From: Candidatus Latescibacterota bacterium
Lineage (GTDB): Bacteria > Latescibacterota > UBA2968 > UBA8231
Assembly: GCA_965242865.1 (NCBI GenBank)
Contig: CBDETK010000013.1
Coordinates: 544,001-608,000 of the forward strand
Length of the DNA: 64,000 bases
Reading direction: 5' to 3'
Shown here: positions 1 to 9,159 of the stretch, piece after piece
Position numbering within the stretch: position 1 is the stretch's first letter
How the letters are laid out: the number at the start of each line of letters is the position of its first letter
Made by a program: the position numbers and the translations under genes
Notes under the pieces: generated by a model
Database searches by the model: none
Told to the model about the DNA's origin: nothing
Seen by the model: the letters and a program-made list of their open reading frames with translations, nothing else

Positions 1-711
1 GACCTCGCCGCCGAGAGCACCGAACGCATCGCCAAACGCGCTGACGAGGGCGGTGGTGTACGGGTCGCCGTCATCAACGGTCGCCACGCGCCGCAGCCCC
101 AGTTCACTGTACGCAAAGTCGGCGAGTGCCCGCGCTTGATAGAGATCGTTGTTGGAAACGCGGAAATACCCGGGGTGGTAATCGGGACCGGCGGTGCCGG
201 CGAGGTCGGACGTGAGCCGCGGCGAGGTGTTGGAGGGCGCGATCATCACCAAGCCGGCCGCGCTGAGCACGGGGGAGGCGGCCACGGCCGCGCCAGAGCA
301 GGATGTGCCGATGACGCCAACCACCTGTGGGTCCGCGGCGATCTGCTCGGCGCGGGTGCGCCCTCCATCCGGTCCACACGTGCCATCTACCGGCTCGCCG
401 AGTTCGATGGCGTACCCGCGAATGCTGCCGATGTCGCGCACGGCTAATTCAATGGCGTACCGCTCCGTCACACCAAGCGATGGCGCGATGGTGTGGGCGA
501 GCAAGGAGCGGATCTGGACGGCCTCGCCGGCGCGGATCTCGACCGCGCCGAGCGGGTGACGCTGCAACTCGGCGCGGCCAGCAACGGGCTCACTAGTCCA
601 CGTCACGCTGCTGAGGACGCGCTTGGCCGCGGCCTCGGTCGGCTGGTCCGCAGAGGAACACGCGCCGAGGGCCAAGGCGCAGGTGAAAAGAAAAAACAGA
701 GCGAATTTCAT
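1..711 (-). CDS. Branched-chain amino acid ABC transporter substrate-binding lipoprotein (LivJ/LivK-like), 5' part only; runs off the window start
   Basis: ATG at 711 preceded by AAGGAG; own translation MKFALFFLFTCALALGACSS (lipobox LGAC) ... GVIGTSCSG ... SPSNTSPRLT ... YFRVSNND; close paralog of 761..2080. Confidence 0.88.
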   Translation of the reverse strand, partial: MKFALFFLFTCALALGACSSADQPTEAAAKRVLSSVTWTSEPVAGRAELQRHPLGAVEIRAGEAVQIRSLLAHTIAPSLGVTERYAIELAVRDIGSIRGYAIELGEPVDGTCGPDGGRTRAEQIAADPQVVGVIGTSCSGAAVAASPVLSAAGLVMIAPSNTSPRLTSDLAGTAGPDYHPGYFRVSNNDLYQARALADFAYSELGLRRVATVDDGDPYTTALVSAFGDAFGALGGEV

Positions 712-760
712 TGGGTCTCCTTTATGGGTTTAGATGAGTCTTGATTGATGGTATCGAGGT

Positions 761-2080
761 TCACGGCGCGAATCGATGGACCACCGGCAATTGAGCGACG
801 TCGGTGATGCTCGCGTCCGCGTGGTGATAGATGTTGACGCGCCCGGTGCCGCAGTCGCCAAAATCGCCGCAGGAGAGCGTGCCGATCAAGCCCTGAAAGC
901 CGACGGTCGCGCTTAGTTGTTGGCGCAACGCGGCGCGGTCCACCAACAACTTCCCGTCCTCGGCCTCGGCCACCGCTTCAATGGCGTGGAGCAGCAGCGT
1001 GGTCGCGTCGTAGGCATGGGGCCAAAACGTTGAGGCGGGAGCCATTCCGTAGGTCGCTTTGTATGCGGCGAGCACTTCGTCTGCGCTCTTGCCGGTGACC
1101 CCATTGACGTTTGCGCCGTGATCCACCTCCGGCCCGGCAAAGTATATGCCCTCCGACTGAGGGGTGCCGAGGAACTCGGACACGAGCAGAGCAGAGCCTG
1201 CGATGAGGGTGGCGTCTGCCAAGCCATCGAACTCCCGCGCCTGTTGGGCAAAGAGCGAGCCTTCCACCTCAAAGAGCGGGAAGAAGATGCCGTCGGGACC
1301 GGCGGCTGCAATTTCTGCGATAACCTCCGTCATGTCCGCATCGCCTTTCTGGATCTGGGTGCTGGCCGCGACCTCGCCGCCGAGGGATCCGAACGCATCG
1401 CCAAACGCGCTGACGAGGGCGGTGGTGAATGGGTCGCCGTCATGGACAGTCGCCACGCGCCGCAGCCCTAGTTCACCGTACGCAAAATCGGCGACAGCTC
1501 GCCCCTTGTAGAGATCGTTGTTCGAGACGCGGAAGTACCCGGGGTGGTAGTCCGGGCTGACGGTGCCGGCGAGGTCGGACGTGAGCCGCGGCGAGGTGTT
1601 GGAAGGCGAGACCATGGCCAAGCCGGCCGCGCTGAACACGGGTGAGGCCGCCACAGCCGAGCCGGAGCAGGATGTGCCAATCACCCCGATCACCTGTGGG
1701 TCCGCGCTGATCTGCTCGGCGCGGGTGCGCCCTCCCTCCGGTCCACACGCGCCATCTACCGGCTCACCCAGTTCGATGGCATACCCGCGAATGCTGCCGA
1801 CATCGCGCACGGCCAACTCAGCCGCGTTCCGCTGGGTCACACCGGTTGACGGCGAGATGGTGTGCGAGAGCAGCGAACGGAGCTGGACGGCCTCGCCGGC
1901 GCGGACCTCAACTACGCCGAGCGAGTGATCCCGCGACTCGGCGCGGCCAGCGACGGGCGTACTGGTCCACGTCACACTGCTGAGGACGCGCTTGGCCGCC
2001 GCTTCGGTCGGCTGGTCCGCGGAGGAACACGCGCCAAGGGCCAAGGCGCAGGTCAGGAGGAAAAACAGGGCGAATTTCAT
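761..2080 (-). CDS. Branched-chain amino acid ABC transporter substrate-binding lipoprotein (LivJ/LivK-like)
   Basis: Start re-placed at MKFALFFLL (ATG 2080, upstream AAGGAGG); lipobox LGAC; GTSCSG, SPSNTSP, YFRV, AYDAT motifs of the type 1 periplasmic binding fold. Confidence 0.9.
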   Translation of the reverse strand: MKFALFFLLTCALALGACSSADQPTEAAAKRVLSSVTWTSTPVAGRAESRDHSLGVVEVRAGEAVQLRSLLSHTISPSTGVTQRNAAELAVRDVGSIRGYAIELGEPVDGACGPEGGRTRAEQISADPQVIGVIGTSCSGSAVAASPVFSAAGLAMVSPSNTSPRLTSDLAGTVSPDYHPGYFRVSNNDLYKGRAVADFAYGELGLRRVATVHDGDPFTTALVSAFGDAFGSLGGEVAASTQIQKGDADMTEVIAEIAAAGPDGIFFPLFEVEGSLFAQQAREFDGLADATLIAGSALLVSEFLGTPQSEGIYFAGPEVDHGANVNGVTGKSADEVLAAYKATYGMAPASTFWPHAYDATTLLLHAIEAVAEAEDGKLLVDRAALRQQLSATVGFQGLIGTLSCGDFGDCGTGRVNIYHHADASITDVAQLPVVHRFAP

Positions 2081-2109
2081 GGAGCCTCCTTTGTGGAGTT
2101 GAGCAAATG

Positions 2110-3459
2110 TCATCGTGCGCTGGGATAGATGCCCAAAAATTCGCGGGCCGGGTGGTGCGGCTCTGAGGGCGAGAGGGCATCGGGATCGTTGACTACGGCG
2201 GTAGCGGGCGGCACTATGGGGCGTCCGTGGGCGAGGGGATCGCCGGTATTTTGCATCCATTGGTCGAGACGCTGGCGCAGTGCTGCTAGGCGATCTTGGC
2301 AAGTGGGATCTGCGGCCAAGTTGTGGGTTTCGTGCGGGTCGAAGACTAAGTCGTAGAGTCGCTCGCGCTCTAGGGAGCGTTGCCGCCAGCCTTGGTCGAT
2401 AAAATAGTCTTTGGTCGGGCTGTCGTCGCAGTTGGGCATGACGGGGTATTGGCGTTGGTCGAAGCGGCGGATGTACTTGAAGCGCGGCGTGCGGATGCAG
2501 CGCTGGGGTTCGTAGTAAGTATGGTAGTTCACTTCGGCGAAAATTTCGCGGCGGATTTCCCGCGTCTGGCCGCTTACCAGCGGCAACAGGGAGGTCCCCT
2601 GCAGGTGCTCGGGCGAGGCAATCCCGGCTAGGGCGCAGACCGTTGGATAGAGATCGATTTGGCTGACCAAAGAGTCGATGAGTTGGCCGCGGCTGAAGCC
2701 GCCCGGGCCGCGCAGCACGAGCATGACGCCCAAGCCGTGGTCGGTGAGATTGCACTTCATGGTGGGGAAGGCCAAGCCGTGATCCGTGGTGCAAATGACT
2801 AAGGTGTTATCGGCCAAGCCGTGGTCGCGTAGCGCGGCCAAGACGCGGCCCATTTTGGCGTCGAGGGTGCGGGCCGCGTCGATGTAGGCAGCCATGTCGC
2901 GGCGCGTGTCGGGCGTATCGGGAAAGGGCGCGGGGGGCCGCACATAGCGCGGGTCAGTGGGAGCCTCGCCCGGGGGCGGGGGTGCAAACCCGCGTCCTTG
3001 GCGGTGGGTTTCGCCAAAGCCCACGTCCAAATAGAAGGGGGCTCGATGCGCTTCGGCCAAAAAGGCCGCGGCTCGCTCCTCAGTGGTGCTCGCGGGGGCC
3101 TCTTGGGGCAACAGGCGGGTGAAGCCGCCGTCGGCGACGTCGGCCACCACGTGCTGGAAGCCAGCTAGGGCCGTGGTGTAGCCGGCCTGTTGCAGGGTGT
3201 GGGTTAGGAGCCGCTCGGGATGGGGCAATGTCCAGCCTCGATTGACCAAGCCGGTCATACCGCAGGAATGGGCCCACTGGCCGGTGAGCAAGCAGGCGCG
3301 GCTAGGCGAGCAGGTGGGGTTGGCGCAAAAGGCCTGGCGGAAAAGGACGCCTTCCTCGGCCAACTGCTGGATGTGGGGCGTGGGTATGGCGTGGCCATAA
3401 GGTTGGACGTAGCGGCCGGTGTCGTGCGAGTGGATATAGACGATGTTGGGTGCTGGCAT
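2110..3459 (-). CDS. Sulfatase (Cys-type, formylglycine-dependent; sulfamidase-like)
   Basis: PNIVYIHSHD N-terminus, CSPSRACLLTG (CxPxR signature), TTDHG, LYDLVFDPHETHNLA. Confidence 0.93.
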   Translation of the reverse strand: MPAPNIVYIHSHDTGRYVQPYGHAIPTPHIQQLAEEGVLFRQAFCANPTCSPSRACLLTGQWAHSCGMTGLVNRGWTLPHPERLLTHTLQQAGYTTALAGFQHVVADVADGGFTRLLPQEAPASTTEERAAAFLAEAHRAPFYLDVGFGETHRQGRGFAPPPPGEAPTDPRYVRPPAPFPDTPDTRRDMAAYIDAARTLDAKMGRVLAALRDHGLADNTLVICTTDHGLAFPTMKCNLTDHGLGVMLVLRGPGGFSRGQLIDSLVSQIDLYPTVCALAGIASPEHLQGTSLLPLVSGQTREIRREIFAEVNYHTYYEPQRCIRTPRFKYIRRFDQRQYPVMPNCDDSPTKDYFIDQGWRQRSLERERLYDLVFDPHETHNLAADPTCQDRLAALRQRLDQWMQNTGDPLAHGRPIVPPATAVVNDPDALSPSEPHHPAREFLGIYPSAR

Positions 3460-3678
3460 GGCCCTGTCGTGGGTTGAGGGACGGTTCAAAGACGCAATCA
3501 CGCGCTAACAAGGGCGAGAATGCGCATGTGATAGAATAAGATATGCCCGCTTCGGCAAAAAATCTATCTATCCGGCGGTAAGGAGCGGACATTGACAGGC
3601 CAAAGCAGCCAACCATAGCTTAGGGGCCGCAAGCAGGGATTAACGACCTTTTCATTCGCCACCGTCGAAAGGCAAAAA

Positions 3679-4854
3679 ATGACTACCGAACGATCCGTGC
3701 AGGAGACCTACCGGGCCACGGCCTTTGCCGACGCCCAGCCCGAACTCGCTGCTCCCGGGGCCACGCCCGAGCGCTTGGCCCACTTGCAGGAGCATGGTTT
3801 CGTCATCATCACCGACTTTGTCGACAACCCGTGGATCCCGGTTCTGCGCGAGGCCGGCCGCCGCGTCACCGAGGCCTGCGCGCCCGAGCACGGGTACAGC
3901 AAGATCGACTGCTCAAAGGGCTATGTGCATCGGGCGGGCGGCCATGAGCCGTGGGCGATTCGGGGCCTCATCCATCCCGCTTTTGCCGAGCCTTGCTTTG
4001 CCGAGTTTCATGGCTCGGACGATTTCCTGAACTTCGTCGCCTCTTGGTGCGATGGGCTTGGGCCGGAGGACCTGGTGATGAGCGGTATGTTGCTGTGGTG
4101 CAATCCCCGGCGGCACGAGAATGGGCCGAGTTGGCACCGCGACGTGACGTGGTGGGGCGATGGCAAGCCCTATTTTTCGCAGCGAGACAAGCGCGGGGAG
4201 AGCTTGGAGGATTACTCCGAGGAAGTCGAAAAAACGCGCTGGGAAGAAATCCGCGCCAACAACGCCCGGTCGCTGGCGGAGCGGAACGGCGTGAGCATGT
4301 TTCTGGCGCTGGTTGACGACGAGTGCCACGAACTCATCCCCGGCAGCCACGATCGCTGGCGCACGCCGTTTGAGCACGATGTGCTCTTGCCGCAAGCCAT
4401 GAAGGACCAAGGGGTGCCCCACACGCCGAGTTGGAACCGGGTGGACCCGTTGCCGGGCCAAGTGGCGATCCGGCTCAAGCCCGGGGAAGCCCTCATCCGC
4501 AATGGGGTCACGATCCACACCGGGCACACCGTCCCCGAGCGCGAGCGCAACACCCTGTCGATTGGCTGGTCGAAGTGGTCGGGGCCGTTCACTGGCGAGC
4601 CATCGGTAGCGGACGCACGCAATGCGTGGCAACTCGATCCCGCGGTGCGCGCGGCCTTGCCGCACGAGTGGATGAAGACGGCGTGGGACCGTTGGGCTGA
4701 AACCCAAAAGCTGGGGGATACGCTAGAAGATCGCTACGCTGGGTTTGACATTCAGCGCATCAAAGCAGGCGAAGTCGCGGGCTGGCGTAGCGAGTTGGAA
4801 CGCCAAGCGGCGGCAGCGGGCGAAGCGTGGGAGCCGTTTCAAACGGTGGCGTGA
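3679..4854 (+). CDS. Phytanoyl-CoA dioxygenase (PhyH)-like Fe(II)/2-oxoglutarate dioxygenase
   Basis: EHGFVII, WHRD (HxD), LIPGSH, LKPGEALI and distal H(TG) completing the facial triad. Confidence 0.8.
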   Translation: MTTERSVQETYRATAFADAQPELAAPGATPERLAHLQEHGFVIITDFVDNPWIPVLREAGRRVTEACAPEHGYSKIDCSKGYVHRAGGHEPWAIRGLIHPAFAEPCFAEFHGSDDFLNFVASWCDGLGPEDLVMSGMLLWCNPRRHENGPSWHRDVTWWGDGKPYFSQRDKRGESLEDYSEEVEKTRWEEIRANNARSLAERNGVSMFLALVDDECHELIPGSHDRWRTPFEHDVLLPQAMKDQGVPHTPSWNRVDPLPGQVAIRLKPGEALIRNGVTIHTGHTVPERERNTLSIGWSKWSGPFTGEPSVADARNAWQLDPAVRAALPHEWMKTAWDRWAETQKLGDTLEDRYAGFDIQRIKAGEVAGWRSELERQAAAAGEAWEPFQTVA

Positions 4855-4868
4855 CCTTCAACCCGCCA

Positions 4869-6179
4869 TCAGCTCTCTCGTCCCACGGGCGCAATGCCAT
4901 ACTGACGTAGCGTATCCGCCAAGGTCGGCCGGCCGAGGCGGATGCGATCGTCGCTCAATAAATACGAGAATACATAGCCCAGCCCCAGCATCAGAATCCC
5001 GATCAGGAAGCAGTAGATGAACGCCCGGTCGGGATATTGATCCTTGAGATACCCCACGTACAGGGGGCCGCAAATTCCCGCCGCGGCCCAAGCCGTCAAA
5101 ATGGTGCCGTAGATCGTGGACATCTTTTGCGGGCCAAAAACGTCGAGCACGAAGGAGGGCATGGTGGCAAAGCCTCCGCCAAAGCACAAGAGGACATAAC
5201 AAACGAGCACAGAAAAGACCCAAGGGTTGCGCTCGGTCATCAAGATGCCAAAGACGACCATCTGACTGGCGAGCAAAATTCTGAAGACCCGGACGCGGCC
5301 CAGCCGATCGGATAGCAACCCCCAAAACAGCCGGCCCACGCCATTGCACAGGGAACTGATGGCGATCAGGGTGGCCCCGTATTCGGCCAGCGTCGCTGGC
5401 TCAACCGACGGATCGGCCAAGCTCCAAACTTCTTGTAGGAGTTCCGACTGAAAGCTGATGACGGAGATGCCAGCCGCGATATTGAAGAAGAAGACGATCC
5501 AGATGAGGACGAACTCAGAGGACCGCAGATAGGGCGCGACCGAGTCGGACTCGTCGCTGGACGCTGGTTCGGCAACCGCTCCAGCCGCGACCGGGGGATT
5601 GCTCAACAGCAAGCTGCAAGGGAGCAGAACAGCGGCGAAGATCACCCCCAACCCCAAGAAGATGCGGGACAAATCGCCTGCTAGATGGGACACGAGCAGG
5701 GGCGCCAAGCCCTTGCTCAACAGAAACGCGCCCACCCCGAACCCCATCACGACGATCCCGGTCGCCAAGCCCTTTTTGTCCGGGAACCACTTGGCCACCG
5801 TGGCCACGGGCGTGACGTAGCCCAGCCCGATGCCCGCCCCGCCGATGACGCCGTACCCCACGTAAAACAGCGCGAGCGCGTCCCATTGCAGGGCCAGCCC
5901 GGCCAGCAGATAGCCGCTCGAAAACATGAGGCTGCCGGTGACCGCCAAGCGCCGCGGTCCGACCCGCGGCAACAGCGCACCGGCCCAAGCCGCTGAGGTG
6001 CCCAGCGAAAAGATCGCCAAGCTGAAAGCCCAAGCCGTTTCGGTGAACGACCAGCCGAGTTGCCGGACCAAGAGCGTTTGAAAGAAACTCCACGCGTACA
6101 CCGTCCCAAAACAGATCTGCAGGAAGGTGCAGAATAGAGCTATCATTGAGCGCGGAATGAGTCCTCTTGGTTGCGCCAT
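4869..6179 (-). CDS. MFS transporter, oxalate/formate antiporter (OFA) family
   Basis: GTVYAWS, GLGYVTPVATVAKWFPDKKGLATG, NGVGRLFWGLLSDRLGR, FGGGFATMP; about 12 hydrophobic segments. Confidence 0.92.
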   Translation of the reverse strand: MAQPRGLIPRSMIALFCTFLQICFGTVYAWSFFQTLLVRQLGWSFTETAWAFSLAIFSLGTSAAWAGALLPRVGPRRLAVTGSLMFSSGYLLAGLALQWDALALFYVGYGVIGGAGIGLGYVTPVATVAKWFPDKKGLATGIVVMGFGVGAFLLSKGLAPLLVSHLAGDLSRIFLGLGVIFAAVLLPCSLLLSNPPVAAGAVAEPASSDESDSVAPYLRSSEFVLIWIVFFFNIAAGISVISFQSELLQEVWSLADPSVEPATLAEYGATLIAISSLCNGVGRLFWGLLSDRLGRVRVFRILLASQMVVFGILMTERNPWVFSVLVCYVLLCFGGGFATMPSFVLDVFGPQKMSTIYGTILTAWAAAGICGPLYVGYLKDQYPDRAFIYCFLIGILMLGLGYVFSYLLSDDRIRLGRPTLADTLRQYGIAPVGRES

Positions 6180-6212
6180 TGTTCTAGCCCTCAATCGCCC
6201 TTGCCGCGAAGG

Positions 6213-6935
6213 TTAAGACGGCTGTTCGGGCGGCGGGTGCGGCCCCCGGTCGGCGACATAGAGGAAAAGCCGAGCGAGGTGGCCGACTTCGTCGTCGCGC
6301 GCCAGCAGGTTGTCGTCTGTAGCTTTGCCATCGCGCGCCATGCCCACGGCATAGCTCAAGAGTGCGCCCAGCGGCTGGGCCGCTAAATTGACCAACCAGA
6401 TCGCGGCAAAGACGCCGACGACGAGGATGATGGAAAAAAGGTACACCTGCTGACCGATGGCGCGTTGAATTTTGAGCGCGATCAGCCCGGTGTCCATGCC
6501 CACGTGAACCGTCCCGGCAACGCCGACGAGAATTGGACTGCCCACTTCGACGAAATCGCCCATCCCGGGCAGGCTGCGCTCCACTGTGTCCATGTTGAAC
6601 GGATCGCTGGCGCGGATTTCGGCGGGAATGCCCGGCACAAAGGTATGGGCGAGAAACTCGCCGGCTTCGTCGGTGATGTAGATGTATTTTATGCCCTGAA
6701 TCTCGACGAACTGGTCGATGAGCGACTGCAACGCCGACAAGTCGCGATTGAGGAGAATTTCAACGCTCGAATCGGCAATGGTCTTGGCGATGTCGCGGCT
6801 GTTGCTCTCGTATTCGGCCGACAGGTGCGTATCGACCGTATAGACGCACAGAATGGAGGTCGATAGGCCGATCAAGCCGAACAGGGCAAAGACGCCGAAC
6901 AGGGTTTTCTTAAATAGCTTTTGGACTTTTATCAT
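6213..6935 (-). CDS. Two-TM membrane protein with extracytoplasmic domain and C-terminal HAMP, no output domain
   Basis: TM at N-terminus and near residues 165-185, then PLGALLSYA...RDDEVGHLARLF (HAMP-like) and a stop; start overlaps stop of upstream SBP gene. Confidence 0.75.
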   Translation of the reverse strand: MIKVQKLFKKTLFGVFALFGLIGLSTSILCVYTVDTHLSAEYESNSRDIAKTIADSSVEILLNRDLSALQSLIDQFVEIQGIKYIYITDEAGEFLAHTFVPGIPAEIRASDPFNMDTVERSLPGMGDFVEVGSPILVGVAGTVHVGMDTGLIALKIQRAIGQQVYLFSIILVVGVFAAIWLVNLAAQPLGALLSYAVGMARDGKATDDNLLARDDEVGHLARLFLYVADRGPHPPPEQPS

Positions 6936-8218
6936 GGTGCAAACCTAGCGCGCCAATCGTTCAGGGGGACAAAGCGGCCTTCATCGACCACCGTGTAGTA
7001 GATCTGCTGGAGACCTTGGCGGCGATTGGGACCGAAGGAGACCTGTTCGCCAATGCCCAGATCGAAATTCTCGACCGAGAACACCGCGTCCTCGAGTTGG
7101 TCGCGCTGGGGCTCGGCCCCGAGGCGGTGCAAAATTTCGACCATCAACTTGGCGTTGAGAAAGCCTTCGAGACTGACGAAGCTGTGGGCAAAGGGCGTAT
7201 AGGGGTCTTGCAACAGCGCTGGGGGCGGCTGCGGCGCGTAGCGGTCCATCAAGTCTCGATACTCGCGCACCGCGGGGATGGAGGTGTCTTCGTAGCTGGG
7301 CACCACTTGGGAGTTTACCAGCCACTGCGTATAGCGCTCGCTGTCGTCGCGCCCCTCGGTGAGCAGCTTGAGGAGGTTTTCGCTGCCGACAAACGACAGG
7401 TTGGCAAAAGGCACGTGCAGGCCCAGATCGACGGCATCGCGGGCAAAGGCCGCGCAGGCCGCGTAAGCCCCGATGCAGATCACGGCTTCGGGTTGAGCCT
7501 CCTTGAGGATTTCGACCTGTTTGCGCATCGTGCCGGTGAACCGCGCGCCGCGCCGGTAGGTGGCCTCGCCGACGATTTTTTGGCCGTGCCTTTTGAGGGC
7601 GCTGCGCACGCCAGCCCAGCCGCTGCGGCCGTACGCATCGGCCTGATAAAACACGGCAATGCGCCGGCGATTGATGCGCACGAAGTTATCGACCAGACCG
7701 GCCGTTTCTTGGCGGTAGGAGGCGCGCAGGTTAAAGGCGAAGGCGCCATAAGGCGGCTCCCGCTGGGGTTGCGCGCCGGTAAAGGGAAAGAACAGCAGGA
7801 TGTTCCGGTCTTGAAATTTCTTGAGGATGGGCAACACGCGCGTCACCGTGGGCGTACCGACATAACCAAACAGCAAAAACACGGGGTCGTCGAGCATCAG
7901 CCGCATGGTGTTTTTGACCGAAGGGCCGGGCTGGTAGCCATCGTCGTAGGCTTTGACCTGCACGGTGCGACCGGCCACGCCCCCTTGCTCATTTACGCGA
8001 GCGAAGTACGCGCCCGCCCCCCGATAGAGCTCAATGCCCAACCCGCGCGAGGGGCCGGAGAAGGCGGCGGACATGCCGAGGAGAATCTCGGTGTCGGTCA
8101 CGCCCGAGGCGGTCGGCGCAGCGGCGCGGGCGGCAAAGGCCCTCAAGCACCACCAAGGGGCTGTCGAGAAACCAATAAGACCGGAACGAAGCAGGGACCG
8201 CCGCGTTATTGCTCTCAT
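6932..8218 (-). CDS. Substrate-binding protein, LivJ-like type 1 fold, Tat-like signal peptide
   Basis: TRRSLL twin-Arg; GVTDTEILLGMSAAFSGP, DDGYQP, GYVGTPT, FNLRASYRQE, SLEGFLNA. Confidence 0.88.
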   Translation of the reverse strand: MRAITRRSLLRSGLIGFSTAPWWCLRAFAARAAAPTASGVTDTEILLGMSAAFSGPSRGLGIELYRGAGAYFARVNEQGGVAGRTVQVKAYDDGYQPGPSVKNTMRLMLDDPVFLLFGYVGTPTVTRVLPILKKFQDRNILLFFPFTGAQPQREPPYGAFAFNLRASYRQETAGLVDNFVRINRRRIAVFYQADAYGRSGWAGVRSALKRHGQKIVGEATYRRGARFTGTMRKQVEILKEAQPEAVICIGAYAACAAFARDAVDLGLHVPFANLSFVGSENLLKLLTEGRDDSERYTQWLVNSQVVPSYEDTSIPAVREYRDLMDRYAPQPPPALLQDPYTPFAHSFVSLEGFLNAKLMVEILHRLGAEPQRDQLEDAVFSVENFDLGIGEQVSFGPNRRQGLQQIYYTVVDEGRFVPLNDWRARFAP

Positions 8219-8285
8219 AACCGCTCGCTTCTTTCGGCTGGGGAGATCCAGCAAGGCATAATGAAGGGGCATTATAGGCCGGGGG

Positions 8286-9095
8286 TCAAGTTCGTTTGCC
8301 CAGTCCGTCTATGGCTTCGCGCACCACTTGTCCGGCCCAATCCTGCGCTGGTGCCACTTTTAGCAAAGCGGCAATCGTCCGGGGGTTGTCGAGGATGCTC
8401 ACCGGGTCCTGCAAGTGCCGCCCGGAGGGCACCCAAGGACCGGCGATCACCCACGGAATGGTCATGTCCTCGTCCATTGCCGTGCCGTGGGTGCGGTCGT
8501 GTCCTCCGTGGTCGCTGGTGACGATGACTGCGGTCTCGCCTTGGTTGACCGCGGCCAACACCGCGCCAATGGCCGCATCGGCCCGCCCAATAGCGGCTAG
8601 ATATTCGGCCGACATCCAGCCGTAGTCGTGACCGGCCACATCGGTACAGCCGAGATAGACAAAGGCAAAATCGGGCGTCCATTCCCGCAGCGTCGCCGCG
8701 GCCAAGCCGGCCAATTCCCAGTCGCCGTCCGGCGCGTGGCAGTTGTTCACGTAGTACGAGCGGTCCAGCGAACCCGGATCGGCCAGATCGCGCAATGGCT
8801 CCCAATTGTAAAAGAAGGCCGTGCGCTTGCCAGCTTGGTGCAGCACATCGACTAGGCTGGGCACGGGCCTGACTTGGGGCACCCAAGTGTTCGTGGTGAT
8901 GCCGTGCCGTTGTGGGGTCACGCCGCGAAACATGGAGGTGTGGCAGGGCAAGGTGGCCGAGGGCATTACGGTGCGCGCCGCATAGGTGCTGGCTCCTGCG
9001 CCGATTAGGCGGTCGATACAGGGAGTGGATGCCTGTTGCAAGCCATCGGGCCGCAGCCCGTCGATGACGAAGAGGATGAGACGTCGTGGGGACAT
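8286..9095 (-). CDS. Alkaline phosphatase superfamily protein (nucleotide pyrophosphatase/phosphodiesterase-like)
   Basis: IDGLRPD, PSATLPCHTSMFRG (Thr nucleophile), DVAGH, TSDHGG, H-G metal ligands. Confidence 0.88.
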   Translation of the reverse strand: MSPRRLILFVIDGLRPDGLQQASTPCIDRLIGAGASTYAARTVMPSATLPCHTSMFRGVTPQRHGITTNTWVPQVRPVPSLVDVLHQAGKRTAFFYNWEPLRDLADPGSLDRSYYVNNCHAPDGDWELAGLAAATLREWTPDFAFVYLGCTDVAGHDYGWMSAEYLAAIGRADAAIGAVLAAVNQGETAVIVTSDHGGHDRTHGTAMDEDMTIPWVIAGPWVPSGRHLQDPVSILDNPRTIAALLKVAPAQDWAGQVVREAIDGLGKRT

Positions 9096-9159
9096 GGGAT
9101 TCCTTTTTGGGGAAATGGGGGATTGGTTCTAGCGGATACTTTCCCGATTGTGGATGCGT

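Noticed and set aside
2081-2794. N-terminal extension of the 677-aa ORF 761..2794
   Set aside because: Overlaps the sulfatase in another frame; the real start with RBS and lipobox is at 2080, matching the paralog
3592-3620. TTGACA upstream of the PhyH-like gene as a promoter
   Set aside because: No convincing -10 hexamer at 16-18 nt spacing
7016-8521. 501-aa plus-strand ORF and similar long antisense ORFs (e.g. 9458..10591, 10129..11403 apart from the cupin tail, 32969..34087)
   Set aside because: Shadow frames of well-supported opposite-strand genes in high-GC DNA; no recognisable motifs
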